DNA from: Octopus sinensis
Lineage: Eukaryota
Reading direction: 5' to 3'
Length of the DNA stretch: 64,000 nt
Assembly (NCBI RefSeq): GCF_006345805.1
Contig: NC_043019.1
Span: forward strand, 11,345,360 to 11,409,359
Shown here: positions 27,017-39,304 of the stretch, piece after piece
Numbering within the stretch: position 1 is the first letter of the stretch
How the letters are laid out: each line of letters begins with the position of its first letter
Notes under the pieces: generated by a model
What the model was told of the DNA's origin: nothing
What the model saw: the letters and a program-made list of their open reading frames with translations, nothing else
Database searches by the model: none
Position numbers and translations under genes: made by a program

Positions 27017-27483
27017 CCATTTTGTTACTGTATTTATTTTGAGATACTCTGTGTTTCTTTCAATTAATTTCAAATATAACAAAGAATTTAGTAAAATAAC
27101 TTAGTTACCATTAAGCTAGTGTTAGGAACATAAATTGTGATTAAGGTTTGGTAGAATATTTTAATTCAAAATTTATGAAAACAAGATATTTGTTCTCAGA
27201 GCCAGAGGTGGTTTCAGCCAGGTTGGTATCAAAAGGGTTAAAAATATCATGGTGACTTTAACCCTTTTGTTACCTTATTTCTGTTGAGATGCTCTGTGTT
27301 TCTTTCAATTAATTTCAAATATAACAAAGAATTTAGTAAAATAACTTAGTTACCATTCAGTTAGTGTTAGGAACATAAATTGTGACTAAAGTTTGGTGGA
27401 AGATTTTAATTCAAAACTTAAGAAAACAAGACATTTGTACTACAGAGCCAGAGCTGGTTTTGGCCGGGTTGGTAATGAAAGGG
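27017..27483 (+). mobile_element. piggyBac-type MITE dimer
   Basis: Two units of about 220 bp, each TTAA-flanked, joined by the spacer aatatcatggtgact. Confidence 0.75.
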
Positions 27484-28034
27484 TTAAATGAATTTTTCCA
27501 GTTATTTTAGTAACTGTGATGGGAATATTATTAATAATAGTATCCAGTGATAATATGATTTGGTTCATCAAAGACACTACTTTATGTTTTTTAGTAAGGA
27601 TTTCTCATGTGCTTATAAATATTTGTTTTTTCTTTATACATTCAGTTTAGGTAAGAAAATGTGGTTCCATTGCCTTCCATTAATTTGGGTCTTTTCTTGG
27701 GCATCTGAAGAAGGGAAAAATCTTGACTCTGATGGGTTGTCTATGGATTCTTGCACAAGAGAATTGTTGATTTCAACTAACTCACGTTTTCTTTTATTCT
27801 TTTACTTGTTTCACTCATTTGACTGTGGCCATGCTGGAACACTATCTTGAAGGGTTTAAGTTGAACAAATCAACACTGGGACTTATTTTTTTTTACGTCT
27901 GGTATTTATTCTATTGGTCTTTTTTTTTTTGCCGAACTGCCAAATTACAGGGACATAAAACACACCAACACTGGTTATCAACCGGTGGTGAGGAAGACAA
28001 CACAGACAGAAAGTCACTGCATACATAGATATAC

Positions 28035-28089
<55 letters not shown>

Positions 28090-28433
28090 TTATATATGAT
28101 GGGCTTCTTTTAGTTTCTGTTTACCAAATCCACTCACAAGGCTTTGGTATAGTAGAAGACACTTGCTCAAGGTGCTATGCAATGGTACTGAACACAGGAC
28201 CATCTGGTTGGGAAGCAAGCTTCTTACCACACAGCCACAGCTAAAAGGCATGAATTTTTTGTAAATAAATCTCTCAAGATATGAAAGTGTTAAATAAATC
28301 CTGACTATTTCCTTTTTCTGAAAAAAAACCACACACACACTCATACACACCTGTCTCCTTATCTATTTATATGTACGTATCTGTCTATCTACCTATACAT
28401 ATATAAATTTGAATTTTCTTATGTTTCTGCCAG

Positions 28434-28547
28434 TCTCCTCAGCCAAATGATCTGAAGCGGAAGGATACATTCCAAGGCCCGGCCACACACAGAGGATGTA
28501 CCGACGTATTTTTCTTGGTCCTTAGTGCAGCTTTCCTTGGTGGAATG
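28434..28547 (+). CDS. SLC44A1-like: Choline transporter-like protein (SLC44A/CTL1-like), first securely identified coding exon: SPQPNDLKRKDTFQGPATHRGCTDVFFLVLSAAFLGGM
   Basis: Acceptor ttctgccag, donor ATG|gtaaga, phase 0-0. Contains the R-x-CTD motif plus TM1 typical of SLC44 N-termini. Not in the ORF track. Confidence 0.9.
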
Positions 28548-28619
28548 GTAAGAAGCAAGTCCACAAATGGATAATTATTTTTCCTCTTGTTTTTGTATTA
28601 GTTCTATGTCTGTATTTGT

Positions 28620-28872
28620 CTTGTGAAAGGTAGGAGAGTCCAGTTTGCTGGACATTGTTGTAGAGCTGAAAAAGAAGTAATTTCTACTCTTCTCCTCTGG
28701 AAGCCATCTACTCGCAATACCAGAGGGCGCACACTCTCCTACCCTGATGTAATCTCCAGGGATACAGGCATCCAGCAACAGGACCTCCGTAATGATGGAC
28801 CATGAAGTCTGGCGTAGCATGGTAAATTCCATTGTCTCGACCACGGTCGAACAATGATGATGATGATGATGA
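28620..28872 (+). mobile_element. RTE-type LINE 3' end
   Basis: RRVQFAGHCCRAEKEVISTLLLWKP...GRTLSYPDVISRDTG, ending in a (GAT)n tail. Confidence 0.75.
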
Positions 28873-30451
28873 TTTGTCTATATATGTGTGTAAAATATCA
28901 TACATAATTTGTATGCATAACAGCTATTTTAGTGTGTGTGTAACATTTATTATATTGAATGTGTCTATAATGGGTTTCAAATCTAAAATATTGATCTGTT
29001 GGAAGCTGTCCAGAGACGTGCAACCAGACAAATACCCTTTATCAGTTTTTACTAACCATATCTTGAACATATTGCTTCTGTGTGCAGCAACACACTAAAG
29101 TTTATATGTCCAGCAGTTGACTTGGTAGACTCGCACAAGATTATCAACCAATTTTTTTTTTGACTACTTTGGTCACCTTTTTTTAAATTCCGTGCACCTC
29201 TGCCAACCTTGGACATGCTTTTGAAACACTAAAACAACACCGCATCAATGACTTTTGAGAACATTTTTCACATTCGGAATTGTCAAAGCTTGGAATAAAC
29301 TACTAGCATCCATATTCACATATATATATATCATTATCATCATCATTTAGTGTCCATTTTCCGCGCCAGCACGGGTTGGACGGTTCAACTGGGGTCTGGG
29401 AAGCCAGGAGGCTGCACGAGGCTCCAGTCTGATCTGGCAGTGTTTCTACAGCTGGATGCCCTTCCTAACGTCAACCACTCCGTGAGTGTAGTGGGTGCTT
29501 TTTACGTGCCACCTGCACAGGTGCCAGGGGAGTCAGGCATCGGCCACGATCGGTTGGTGCTTTTAATGTGCCACCGGCACAGAAGCCAGCCAAGGCGGCG
29601 CTGCATCGGCACGTTCGGATGGTGCTTTTATGTGCCACCGGCACAGAAGCCAGTCGGGGCAGCGCTATATATATATATATATAATATATATATATATATA
29701 ATATATATATATATACACACACATGCTAGGGCGGACTTAGTCTCTTGGCAACTTTTAGACCAAGGCCCACTCACAACTACAATGTTATCTTCTTTTTTTT
29801 TTTTTTCTGTGAAAAGTATCCTTTTCAACTGTCTACAAACACAGCCAGGCTGAAATAATTAATGCATTCTTCCAGGAGTGAATAAAAATTTCTCAAACTT
29901 GAGGGGATGGGCCCCCGTATATGAATTTTAATGGTGCAGGGGCCCACTTGCCATCAGGCAAGCTGGCAAGTCCGCCAATGCATATAGGTATGTATGTATG
30001 TGTGTGTGTGTGTGTATATATATAGGCTCAGGGGTGGCTGTGTGGTAAGTAGCTTGTTTACCAACCACATGGTTCCGGGTTCAGTCCCATTGCATGGCAC
30101 CCTGGGTAAGTGTCTTCTACTATAGCCTTGGGCCGACCAAAGCCTTGTGAATGGATTTGGTAGACGGAAACTGAAAGAAGCCTGTCGTATATATGTATAT
30201 ATATATATATATGCATGTGTGTGTTTGTCCCCCTAGCATTCCTTGACAACCGATGCTGGTGTGTTTATGTCCCCGTTACTTAGCGGTTCGGCAAATGATA
30301 CAGATAGAATAAGTACTGGGCTTTCAAAAAGAATAAGTCCCGGGGTCGAGTTGCTCGATTAAAGGCGGTGCTCCAGCATGGCCGCAGTTAAATGACTGAA
30401 ACAAGTAAAAGAGTATACACACATATATATGTGTGTGTGAAGTTTTTTATT

Positions 30452-30601
30452 CCACTTAAATGTGGCTAACCACTAGGGTGGATGCTACTGTAGCTTGCAG
30501 CCCCAGGAGAACATCTGTCAATAACCAGCTGGGGAAGATGTTCCCCTGGGGCTACAAGCTACAGTAGCATCCACCCTTAGTGGTTAGCCACATTTAAGTG
30601 G
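30452..30601. repeat. Near-perfect 150-bp palindrome (arms about 66 bp), probably a fold-back MITE
   Basis: CCACTTAAATGTGGCTAACCACTAGGGTGGATGCTACTGTAGCTTG... versus ...CAAGCTACAGTAGCATCCACCCTTAGTGGTTAGCCACATTTAAGTGG. Confidence 0.9.
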
Positions 30602-31776
30602 CAAATATACTGCACATTGTCGTGCAGCTACTGTTTATACCTCGTTCAGAGATTTATTATATATATATGGTAGAATATCATCATCATCATCATCGTTTAA
30701 CGTCGGCTTTCCATGCTGGCATGGGTTGGACGGTTCAACTGGGGTCTGGGAAGCCCGAAGGCTGCACCAGGCCAGTCAGATCTGGCAGTGTTTCTACAGC
30801 TGGATGCCCTTCCTAACGTCAACCATTCCAAGAGTGTAGTGGTGATTTATGTGCCCCGACACCAGGGCAGAGAGGCTGGCAAACGGCCACGCTCAGATGG
30901 TGTTTTTTACGTGCCACCGACACAGGTGCCAGACGAGGCTGGCGAACAGCCACGCTCGGATGGTGTTTTTTATGTGCCACTGACACAGGTGCCAGACGAG
31001 GCTGGCGAACAGCCACGCTCGGATGGTGTTTTTATTGTGCCACCGACACAGTGCCAGACGAGGCTGGCGAACGGCCACGCTCGGATGATGTTTTTTTTTG
31101 TGCCACTGACACAGGTGTCAGACGAGGCTGGCAAACAGCCACGCTCGGATGGTGTTTTTTTTTTGTGCCACCGACACAGGTGCCAGACGAGGCTGGCAAA
31201 CGGCCACGCTCGGATGGTGTTTTTTATGTGCCACCGACACAGGTGCCAGACGAGGCTGGCGAACGGCCACGCTCGGATGGTGTTTTTTATGTGCCACCGA
31301 CACAGGTGCCAGACGAGGCTAAAATCCTCGATACATTATTTATTATATATTTGAAAAAATGAATAGAAATGGTGTTTCTGATAATTTTTCTACTTTGATA
31401 ATTGGATGTTTATAAGTTCACGAAAAAGGTGACTCTGACAGCAGTTTCTAGCTTAAAAGCAGTTTTCAAACTGATATTTTAGAGTTTTGTTATTCACTCT
31501 TTAAATAGGGAATGTTTATTTACAAACATACACACACACATATACATATTCCCATCCATAAACATAGAGACACACAAAAACGATCTTACGCATACACGCA
31601 TGCAGAGAAACACAAACACACACATACATGTATTCATTCTCCTGCTTTTTTTTTGTGTGTGTGCATGTACATATGTATGAATGTATGTGAATGAATACTT
31701 ATATGTATTGTGTTTGTATTTCTCGCATGTATGTATGTGTAAGGTCCTATATTTTGTGTGTATGTCTATGCATATG

Positions 31777-31826
<50 letters not shown>

Positions 31827-32468
31827 GTATGTTGACAGTATACAACCATTATATCGCCCCACCCGTACATATCTCTATGAGATATTTAGAAATTTAATAT
31901 TTCTCATTTCTAATGGACGCAGTTTGTGTGTCAAGTAGCTAGCTTGAGGCGATGGCTTCATGGAGCTAATCAGCGACAGCTTTATCCTTATTTTTAAGAA
32001 TGCCATATTAGTATGGCGATAACTATTAATATATGTATATATGTATATATATATATATATATAAAGTACAAAATGGGTCAAGAACACAAAACATCCGGAC
32101 AGCTAGTTGATACAAAAATGGGACAACAAAACATCCAGATAGACAATACAAAGAAAACAAGGACAGGTCATTCGAAGCTTTCTATTCTCAGTCAAGAACC
32201 GGATCATCCTCACAATTCCGGCTGATTAATCTTGAGATTGGTCCAATCTGGCCAGCCCCAAGGAAAAACTAAGCTAAGGGTATCAGATTCCTTGGAAGAA
32301 ATTGCGAAATTGTAAGGATGATCTGGTTCTTGACTGAGGATAGAAAGCTTCAAATGACCCGTCCTTGTTTTTTTGCATCGTCTATCTGGATGTTTTGTTG
32401 TCCCTTTTTGTCTCACCTAGTTGTCCGGATGTTTTGTGTTCTTGTCCCATTTTGTATTTTATATATAT

Positions 32469-32834
32469 ACTAGCAGTATCGCCCAGCGTTGCTCAGGTTT
32501 GTAAGGGAAATAACTATAAAGCATTTTTAGAGAGTTATAGCCAAAAAATAGCAAAAAAATGGAAAAAAATGATGGTAAATTTTTTTTGAGAGTAAAAAAA
32601 GGTGGAGTTGCGTCCCCTAGACAGTTTGCGGTTTGTGTTTCTGATTCTCGACCCATGTCGAATTTATCGATTTTTTTCAGAACTGGGGGAACTTTTCAAA
32701 ATTTTCGCTGGCGTTAGTTTGAATTATGACATTGGGCTATGTGTGTGTCAAGTTTCATCAGAATCGGTTGAAAGCCGTGGTCAGGGTGAGGGAACAAGAA
32801 AACAGACACACAGAAACACGCACAGACAACTGCC

Positions 32835-32845
<11 letters not shown>
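32469..32845 (+). mobile_element. Non-autonomous Helentron/DINE-1-like element
   Basis: Starts ACTAGCAGTATCGCCC(A)GCGTTGCTC(A)GG and ends in a TTTATATA tail. Same 5' end as 43071. Confidence 0.6.
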
Positions 32846-32896
<51 letters not shown>

Positions 32897-33132
32897 ACAA
32901 AGTTGAGTTGTGGGGTATCGCACGAGTGGAATTATATACGAAAGAAGGTTTGAAAATGCAATTTAAAAGATGTTTTACTTTACCGGTTTCACTCTTTGGA
33001 AAAAGATTGTCAAACGTAACATGTGGAAGTTTGGTTGCGTTAATTATGGGTTGTTACCAAAGACTGTATATATATATATGTAATGTAGCAATTTGCAACA
33101 ACCATAATTAACGCAACCAACTTCCACATGTT

Positions 33133-33172
33133 ACTTTTGACAATCTTTTTCCAAGAGTGAAACCGGTAAAGT
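33133..33172 (+). ncRNA. Hammerhead-like motif with U3-A8 core (mirror copy on minus strand 32977-33017)
   Basis: ACTT TTGACAA TCTTTTTCCAAGAGT GAAA CCGG T A AAGT: stem I ACTT/AAGT, palindromic ACCGGT. Stem II is weak and opens with U-U. Confidence 0.55.
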
Positions 33173-33211
33173 AAATAAACATCTTTTAAATTGCATTTTC
33201 AAACCTTCTTT

Positions 33212-33251
<40 letters not shown>

Positions 33252-33482
33252 AAGATTAATCAGCCGAAATTGCGAAGATGATCCGGTTCTTGACTGAAGA
33301 TTGAGGGCTTCGAATGTCCCGTCTGTGTTTTTTTTGTGTCATCTTCTAAATGTTTCATGTTCTTGTCCCAGTTTGTATATTTTTTTACTTTTACATATAT
33401 ATATATATATATAGCGGCGTACGTACACTTTGTTCTCTTATATATATATATAAATATACTTTTTATTTTTTTTTTCCTGCAG

Positions 33483-33625
33483 ATATATGTATTCTATTTG
33501 TCACTGTTTTATGGCTGTCCATACCGTCTCCTCTATGGCATCGATAGCTGGGGAAATACTTGCAATCTGAAGAATGAAAAGATTCCCAGTGTCCATTATT
33601 CAGGATTAGACACAACACATTTGAC
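33483..33625 (+). CDS. SLC44A1-like: SLC44A-like exon: IYVFYLSLFYGCPYRLLYGIDSWGNTCNLKNEKIPSVHYSGLDTTHL(T)
   Basis: ttcctgcag / AC|gtaaga, phase 0-2. RLLYGxDSxGNxC is the conserved SLC44 motif. Confidence 0.95.
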
Positions 33626-35275
33626 GTAAGACATTTGGTTTTTTACATCTCTTTTTTTTTTACCTCCTCTCCCTTCTCTCTCTCTCTTGGCTATTTCTGT
33701 CTCCTTCATTTTGTCTCTCGTCTCTCACTTTTATCTTTTCCTTTTCCACCTCTTTCTTTTTGCCTTTGTTTTCTCACTCACTCTCTTTCTCTTACTCCTC
33801 TCTTTCTCTTCTTTATTTCCTTCTTTCTTCCTTCCTTTCTTCAGCTTATTTCTTGCCTTCTTTTTTCTTTCTTCCTTTCTTCTTTTCTTTCTTGCCTTCT
33901 AATAAATCCCCCCCCCATTGGTAAGAAACTCTCAAGACAGCCAAACAGCAGGAAGTCTTCAAAGAAGAAACCCACCCCCACCTCAGGCAAGTTTCTCAGC
34001 CCTTAACTTCTTACACTCTAAGAGGGCCCGGGGTCACATCCAAATCATAACTCCTGTGTACCCTTCAGCTGACACCTTTTGGATATCAGACTTGTGCATT
34101 TAAACCACCAGGAGATTCCACCCAGTTGTAATTCCTCTCCATTGACTCAGCTTTTAAATTTATACTTAATCCTTTAGCATTCAGATTCCTTTGTCAAATG
34201 TGATGCTTATTTCATCATCATCGTTTAATGTCCGTTTTCCGTGCTAGCACGGGTTGGACGGTTCGACTGGAGTCTGGGAAGCCAGGAGGCTGCACCAGGC
34301 TCCAGTCTAATCTGGCAGTGTTTCTACAGGTGGATGCCCTTCCTAACGCCAACCACTCCATGAGTGTAGAGGGTACTTTTTACATGCCACTGGCACAGGT
34401 GCCAGGGGAGGCTGGCAACGGCCACGATTGGTTGGTGCTTTTTATATGCCACCGGCACGGAAGCCAGTCAAGGTTGGCACTGGCATCGACCACGTTCGGA
34501 TGGTGCTTTTTACATGCCACTGGCACAGGTGCCAGGGGAGGCTGGCAACGGCCACGATCGGTTGGTGCTTTTTACATGCCACCGGCACGGAAGCCAGTCA
34601 AGGCGGCACTGGCATCGGCCATGTTCGGATGGTGCTTTTTACATGCCACCAGCACAGGGATCACAACTACAATTTCCATTGATTTTTGATGTTGATGTAC
34701 TTGACTCAATGGATCTCCTCAAGCACAGGATCAAAACGGTGTTTCTTTACTTGCCACCTGCACAGAAGTCAGTCCAGCGGCACTGGCAACGACCGGGTGC
34801 CAGTCATCGAATTTGGTTCAATTTTATTCAAATTTATTTGAATTAACCATGCATTATCTTGTAACATTGAGATTTCAATGATGTGATTGCTTATTTTTAG
34901 AATGACATTGTAGGGTAGGTGTGAGAGGTGAGAAGCAGCTGGCTTCACCCTTTAGCATTCAGATTATTACTCCGTCAAAAGAAATGCTTATCCACATTGT
35001 TTTGAATTAATCAGGCATTACCTCGTAACTTTGAGACTTCATCGACATGATTGTTTTATTTCTAGAATAATATTGTGAAGTAAGGCGCAGGAGTGGCTGT
35101 GTGGTAAGTAGCTTGCTTACCAACCACATGGTTCTGGGTTCAGTCCCACTTCGTGGCATCTTGGGCAAGTGTCTTCTACTACAGCCTCGGGCCGACCAAA
35201 GCCTTGTGAGTGGATTTGGTAGATGGAAACTGAAAGAAGCCCGTCGTATATATGTGTTTATATATATATAGATAT

Positions 35276-35327
<52 letters not shown>

Positions 35328-35994
35328 GTATGTGTGTGTGTTTGTCCCCCCCAACATCGCTTGACAACCAATGCGGGTGTGTTTACGTCCCCGTTACTTA
35401 GCGGTTCGGCAACAAAAGAGACCAATAGAATAAGTACTAGGCTTACAAAGAATAAATCCTGGGGTCCATTTGCTCGACTCCAGCATGGCCACAGTCAAAT
35501 GACTGAAACAAGTAAAAGAGTAAAGAGAGTAAGTGTGAGAGGCCAGATCTGGCCAGTTTGAACGTAAAACTGGTGGAATATTTTGGCCAGAGATTGCCAT
35601 TTTAACCCCTTAGCATTCAGATTACTCTGTCAAATGTAATGCATAATTATTCACATTGTTTTGAATTAGTCATGCATTATCTCATAGCTTTGAGATTTTG
35701 AAAATGCAGTTGTTTATTTTTAAAATGACATTGTAAGATGTGTTACAGGCTGGATGTGGCCAGTTTGAACATAAATCATGTAGAATATTTCGTTTTGGGA
35801 TTTGGTTTGCAAGATTCTTTATATGAGTTTGTGTGTTGAAGCATATTCTGTTGTCTGGGGAGAGTCATTCTCTTTTAGTACCTTATTTATTTAACACACT
35901 CACCGGTAAAATTTCCACTTATTTCGTCTTTTTATTTTCCTAAACTTTTCGTTGCGTCTTGCAACCTTTTCAATGTCAATGGACAGAGTCAAGA

Positions 35995-36031
35995 CTATTG
36001 AAAAGGTTGCAAGACGCAACGAAAAATTTAG
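35995..36031 (+). ncRNA. Hammerhead motif with U3-A8 core (mirror copy on minus strand 35939-35977)
   Basis: CTA TTGAAAA G GTTGC-AAGAC-GCAAC GAAA AA T T TAG. Confidence 0.6.
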
Positions 36032-36391
36032 GAAAATAAAAATAAGAAAAAAGTGGAAATTTTACTGGTGAGTGTGTTACATTATAAGGTACTAAAAGAA
36101 AATGACTCTCCCCAGACACAACAGATCATGTAGAATATCTTGGCCGGATATGACCAGTTTAAAGGGTTAAAGAAGAAAAGACATTGGTTGGCATGGTAAC
36201 AGTGAAACGTCATCACCATCACAGTTACTCAGTTACTTCTTTTGAGCCTGGTACTTATTCTATCTTTTCCTCTTTGCCAAACTGCTAAGTTACAGGCATG
36301 TAAACAAACCATCGCTGGCTACCAAAGGGTGGGTGACAAACACAAACACACATGTATTTTCATCTGTCTCTGTCTTTCATTTTTGCACCAG

Positions 36392-36568
36392 GTACCTATT
36401 TACATATACAAACCAAAGTTCGCATGTAGAGGAGACCGTCTGTGTGAAGGAATGTCCACGGCAAATAATCAGAACCCAGAAAGAACTGGTGAACTTCACA
36501 GAGGAAACCGGTTCAAACCTCTGCCGCTATGATGGTTCTGTTTGTCCCACTCTACCCATTGCAGCTAC
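36392..36568 (+). CDS. SLC44A1-like: SLC44A-like exon: YLFTYTNQSSHVEETVCVKECPRQIIRTQKELVNFTEETGSNLCRYDGSVCPTLPIAA(T)
   Basis: ttttgcaccag / AC|gtgagt, phase 2-2. CVxxCP...LC...CP cysteine pattern of the SLC44 ectodomain. Confidence 0.93.
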
Positions 36569-36997
36569 GTGAGTACTGACTTTAAAATTTCAATAAGTGA
36601 TCACAGCTACATATCATCATCATCATCATCATCATTTAACGTCCGCTTTCCATGCTAGCATGGGTTGGACGATTTTGACTGAGGGCTGGCGATTTTAGCA
36701 GTTTTGTAACTTCTTGCGGAACCCCTGGACTGTACTGGCGGAACCCTAAGGTTCCGTGGAACTCTGGTTGAAAACCACTGCGCTATGCACTAAGCTTTCA
36801 AAACTACACTGCACCCCTTACTTCATGCCGTGACTGCTACCCTACACCTCCTGCTCTCACTCCCCTGCTACAATGCATTTGACTCAAAACATGTCCTCCC
36901 TATGTAACTCACAACCTGGGGCTAAAATACCAACCACAATCACCATTACATTACCACTTCTACTACTACTACTGCAGATTGAATTTTGTATTCTCAG

Positions 36998-37079
36998 GAT
37001 TCCACTGTTCCACCGATGTGTCCCATTTGAAAATGAAATCAATAAAGTTGTCAGAGCTTTGAACGATGATGTCTTTCGT
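36998..37079 (+). CDS. SLC44A1-like: SLC44A-like exon: IPLFHRCVPFENEINKVVRALNDDVFR
   Basis: ttctcag / CGT|gtaagt, phase 2-0. IPxFHRCxP resembles the CTL1 subfamily. Confidence 0.93.
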
Positions 37080-37278
37080 GTAAGTACCCAGCATGCTTTG
37101 CTTCACGATTCAGTTGTATCTTTCTTGCCTTTTCTTTTGTCTTCTCCTTGTTTCAGTCATTGGAGTGCGACCACGCTGGGGTCACTGACTTTCAAAGGTT
37201 TCAGTTGAACAACTTGACAACCAATGCTGGGGGAACAAACACACACACACATTCATACATACATACATACACACACAT

Positions 37279-37309
<31 letters not shown>

Positions 37310-37311
37310 AA

Positions 37312-37648
37312 AAGGGTAAAGACCCCCTTCGGTCATGAATGACCATGGGATTGCACCTAGAAAGTTACCTTCCTAGACACAAGTCCGGGCAAGGTGGTTT
37401 ATGGAAGACCAGCAGTCGCCCATGCATACCAGCCTCCCCTCTCCACGCCACCAGTGTTATCCAAGGGAAAGACAAAGGTCGATACAGCTTGGCACCAGTG
37501 ACGTCGCAACTCATTTCTACAGCTGAGTGAACTGGAGCAACGTGAAATAAAGTGCCTTGCTCAAGAACACAACACGCAGTCCGGTCCGGGATTCGAGCTC
37601 ACAACCTCACGATCGTAAGCTCGATGATCTAACCACTGAGCCATGCGC
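37312..37648 (-). mobile_element. tRNA/CORE-SINE sharing its head with 58646 but with a different tail
   Basis: Reverse complement of the tRNA head plus GTGTTCTTGAGCAAGGCAC. A partial copy lies at 17830-17940. Confidence 0.7.
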
Positions 37649-38693
37649 CGTATTTCGTCTGTCGTTACGTTCTGAGTTCAAATTCCGCTGAAGTCGACTT
37701 TGCCTTTCATCCTTTCGGGGATCGATAAATTAAGTACCAGTTATGCACTGGAGTCAATGTAATCGACTTAATCCATTTGTCTGTCCTTGTTTGTCCCCTT
37801 TATGTTTAGCCCCTTGTGGGTAATAAAGAAATATAATTTATCGAACCTGAAAGGATAAAAGGCAACGTGGGGCTGTAGGGGTGGTTGAACTCAGAATGTG
37901 AAGACAAAATACCACTCTGCCAGCTCAGAAGCCTTTCTTTTTATACAAGATATAAAATGATAAAAATATAAAGAAAAAAACAAATGAATATATAATAAAA
38001 AAAAACAGAGAAGAGAAAGCTAAAAGGCAAGTTAAGTAGGTTTATAATCAAACTAGAAAAAAAACAAGACTCAAGGCTAAAAGGTTTTTACTATTTTTAT
38101 GACTCACTGAGTTGACATACTCTGAAAGAGCAAAAAAACAGGATAAAAGTTTCATGCTTGGCTGGTTTCAAAGTACAAATATATCTGTGTTTTAAGTCCA
38201 TGCCCATCAATGCGCACACATACTCACACAGCCTATATATATTCAAACACACTCACACACAATCATCACATAATATTCATACATACACTTATAAATCTTG
38301 CATTTTCGAGACGACAGCTTCTATTCCCCTTCATTTGTAGCAGCGGTTCTCAACCATATTTTTTGGTTCATGAACCCTGTTGATTCTTATTTTATTCAAG
38401 TGGACCCCCGTAGCAATTTCATATTTAAAAAACCCCTATTTTTTTTTTCATTTTTATAATTAATTATTATTAGAAGTTCTTTTATTACTTGTTCCAGCCA
38501 TTTGACTGTGGCAATGCTGGAGCACCGCCTTGAAGTGTTTTTGTTGAACAGTTCAACCCCAGGACTTATTTTTAAACCTAGTACTTATTCTCTCTGCTGA
38601 AACGCTAAGTTACAGGGGATGTAAACACACCAACACCGATTATCATGCGATGATGAGGAACAAACACAAAGATACGCACACATACATAGAGAT

Positions 38694-38733
<40 letters not shown>

Positions 38734-39304
38734 CGGGCATGGCTGTGTGGTTAGGGAGCTTGCTTCCTAGCTATATGGTTTCGGGTTCAGTCCCACTGCA
38801 TGGCACTTTGGGTAGGTGTCTTTCACTATAGCCCCGAGCTGACCGGAGCTTTGTGATTGAATTCAGTAGGTGGAAGTTACTGCCGTGTGTGTATATGTGC
38901 GTGTAGGTGCTTGTGCCTCTCCGAAAGAGAGAGAGGGATATATATATACATATACATATATATATGACAGGCTTCTTCCAGTTTCCATCTACTCACAAGG
39001 CAACCATGTGGTTAGGATCATAAAATCAACATGAAATTGTGATGGAAGAAGTTTTTTTCTCCATGACAGAACATGGTAAATGTCTTGTTTACAAGTCTGA
39101 ATGTGCTCTTAGCATGTTCAAACTGGTATTAACATTGCATTTTTACTTATCGCCACTTAGCGCACTTACCCTTTTCTTAGTGTATTTCTGTTGGAATATA
39201 CTGCCTTTGTTTCACTTATTTTTGAAAATAATGATGAGTTTGGTCAAATAACTTTGGTGTTTGGATCATAGATTAACATATGATTGTGGTGGAAGAAAGT
39301 TTAA

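Noticed and set aside
27732-27770. ATG GGT TGT as an MGC-type start
   Set aside because: It reaches a stop after 12 codons with no usable donor.
30713-31362. ORFs with repeated VPPTQVPDEAGKRPRSDG
   Set aside because: Translation of tandem SINE family C subrepeats.
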